Assembly: GCA_041608315.1 (NCBI GenBank)
Contig: JBFISZ010000003.1
Span: 1-36,925, forward strand
Length of the DNA: 36,925 nucleotides
Direction: 5' to 3'
Origin: Acidimicrobiia bacterium
GTDB taxonomy: Bacteria; Actinomycetota; Acidimicrobiia; Spongiisociales; UBA5794
Position 1 is the first letter of the stretch. Every line of letters begins with the position of its first letter. Positions 36,143-36,925 of this stretch are shown here, piece after piece. The notes beneath the pieces are model-generated. The model was not told the DNA's origin, searched no databases, and saw only the letters and a program-made list of their open reading frames with translations. The position numbers were made by a program, and so were the translations under genes.

Positions 36143-36925
36143 TCACGACGGGCCGTTGGGTACGACCACGTTGCCTGCCTCGAGGTCCACGGCGTTGGCG
36201 ACCGCTTCTCGCGCCATCGACGACGCCGGGATGACCGTGTCGTCTTTGTCGCGGACCTCGATCCAGAATCGGTCGATGCCGTCGCCGGGTTCGTTGCGGT
36301 CTTCGACGTACACGATGAAATCGTGGTTGCCTTCCGGATCGGGCATCGTCGGGTCGAGGTAGGTCGACTTGCCGCTGAAGCTGGCCCATCCGAATCCGTC
36401 CGATTCGCCCAGCGCCAGCCCGTAGAGGGCGTTGGACTTGACCCGGTAGGTCGAGCCGTCGGCGACGTGCCGGATGAGAAGCAGGCTGCCCTTCACCTTC
36501 TGGCCCTTCTTGTTGTACTCCATCGTGTAGCCGAAGTTGACGACTTCGTCGGTGTTCGGCCACAGGAAGCTCCCGCCACCCGTGCTGTAGCCGAGGCTCG
36601 GGTCGTACACGACCACGACGTCTTCGGCGAACCCTTCGTAGAAGCCACCGTCGACCGTCACCGCCACCGTGTAGGTGTTGACCGCCACCTCGTCGAAGGT
36701 GCAGGTGACGGTGAGCTCTCGGTCGTAGCCGTCGCCGTCGCGGCGCCGTTCGCATTCTTCGGTCGGACCCGCGCTGCCGCCAGGTCCCACCGGGACGAGA
36801 TGCATTGCCACCTCGGCGAGGTCGACGTCTCCGGGCCACGCAGCCCCGAGGGCGTTGTCGGGCTCTGTCTCGGTGACCCGCACCATCAGCTCGAAAGTGC
36901 CGCTGTCCCCGCCGGCCGTCGCGAC
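36143..36925 (-). CDS. C-terminal part of a probable secreted/surface beta-rich protein; runs off the window edge
   Basis: Frame is open to position 36925. Ig-like strand pattern followed by STGGG...NFG...Y..K...GSL and D.FWIEV...GNVVV, a tail seen in large extracellular proteins. Confidence 0.65.
   Translation of the reverse strand, partial: VATAGGDSGTFELMVRVTETEPDNALGAAWPGDVDLAEVAMHLVPVGPGGSAGPTEECERRRDGDGYDRELTVTCTFDEVAVNTYTVAVTVDGGFYEGFAEDVVVVYDPSLGYSTGGGSFLWPNTDEVVNFGYTMEYNKKGQKVKGSLLLIRHVADGSTYRVKSNALYGLALGESDGFGWASFSGKSTYLDPTMPDPEGNHDFIVYVEDRNEPGDGIDRFWIEVRDKDDTVIPASSMAREAVANAVDLEAGNVVVPNGPS

Overview
High-GC bacterial window; leaderless promoters and a PaaR-like operator hint at Actinomycetota, which is inference only. 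It is almost entirely a cluster for anaerobic aromatic catabolism. In order: a 5'-truncated NagD-type HAD phosphatase with a two-subunit phenylphosphate-synthase/CreHI-like pair; a minus-strand 4-hydroxybenzoyl-CoA-reductase-like molybdoenzyme (hcrCAB) whose catalytic Glu position is Gln; divergently, trpB2, an Arg-less Rid protein, an IorA carrying an inserted GltD/NfnB-like flavoprotein module, and iorB. Then comes a near-complete equivalent of the anaerobic indoleacetate (iaa) pathway: hydantoinase A/B, acyl-CoA dehydrogenase, split B12 mutase, family III CoA transferase, three-subunit molybdoenzyme, dehydrogenase/hydratase fusion and thiolase, but no CoA ligase. Two toxin-antitoxin modules bounded by degenerate repeats follow, then a TetR-led class I benzoyl-CoA reductase operon ending in a small Cys-rich unknown gene, and the 3' end of a probable surface protein. 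Best novel-system hypothesis: anaerobic indole/tryptophan -> indolepyruvate -> indoleacetyl-CoA -> 2-aminobenzoyl-CoA -> ring reduction. All family calls come from motif recognition, with no database search.
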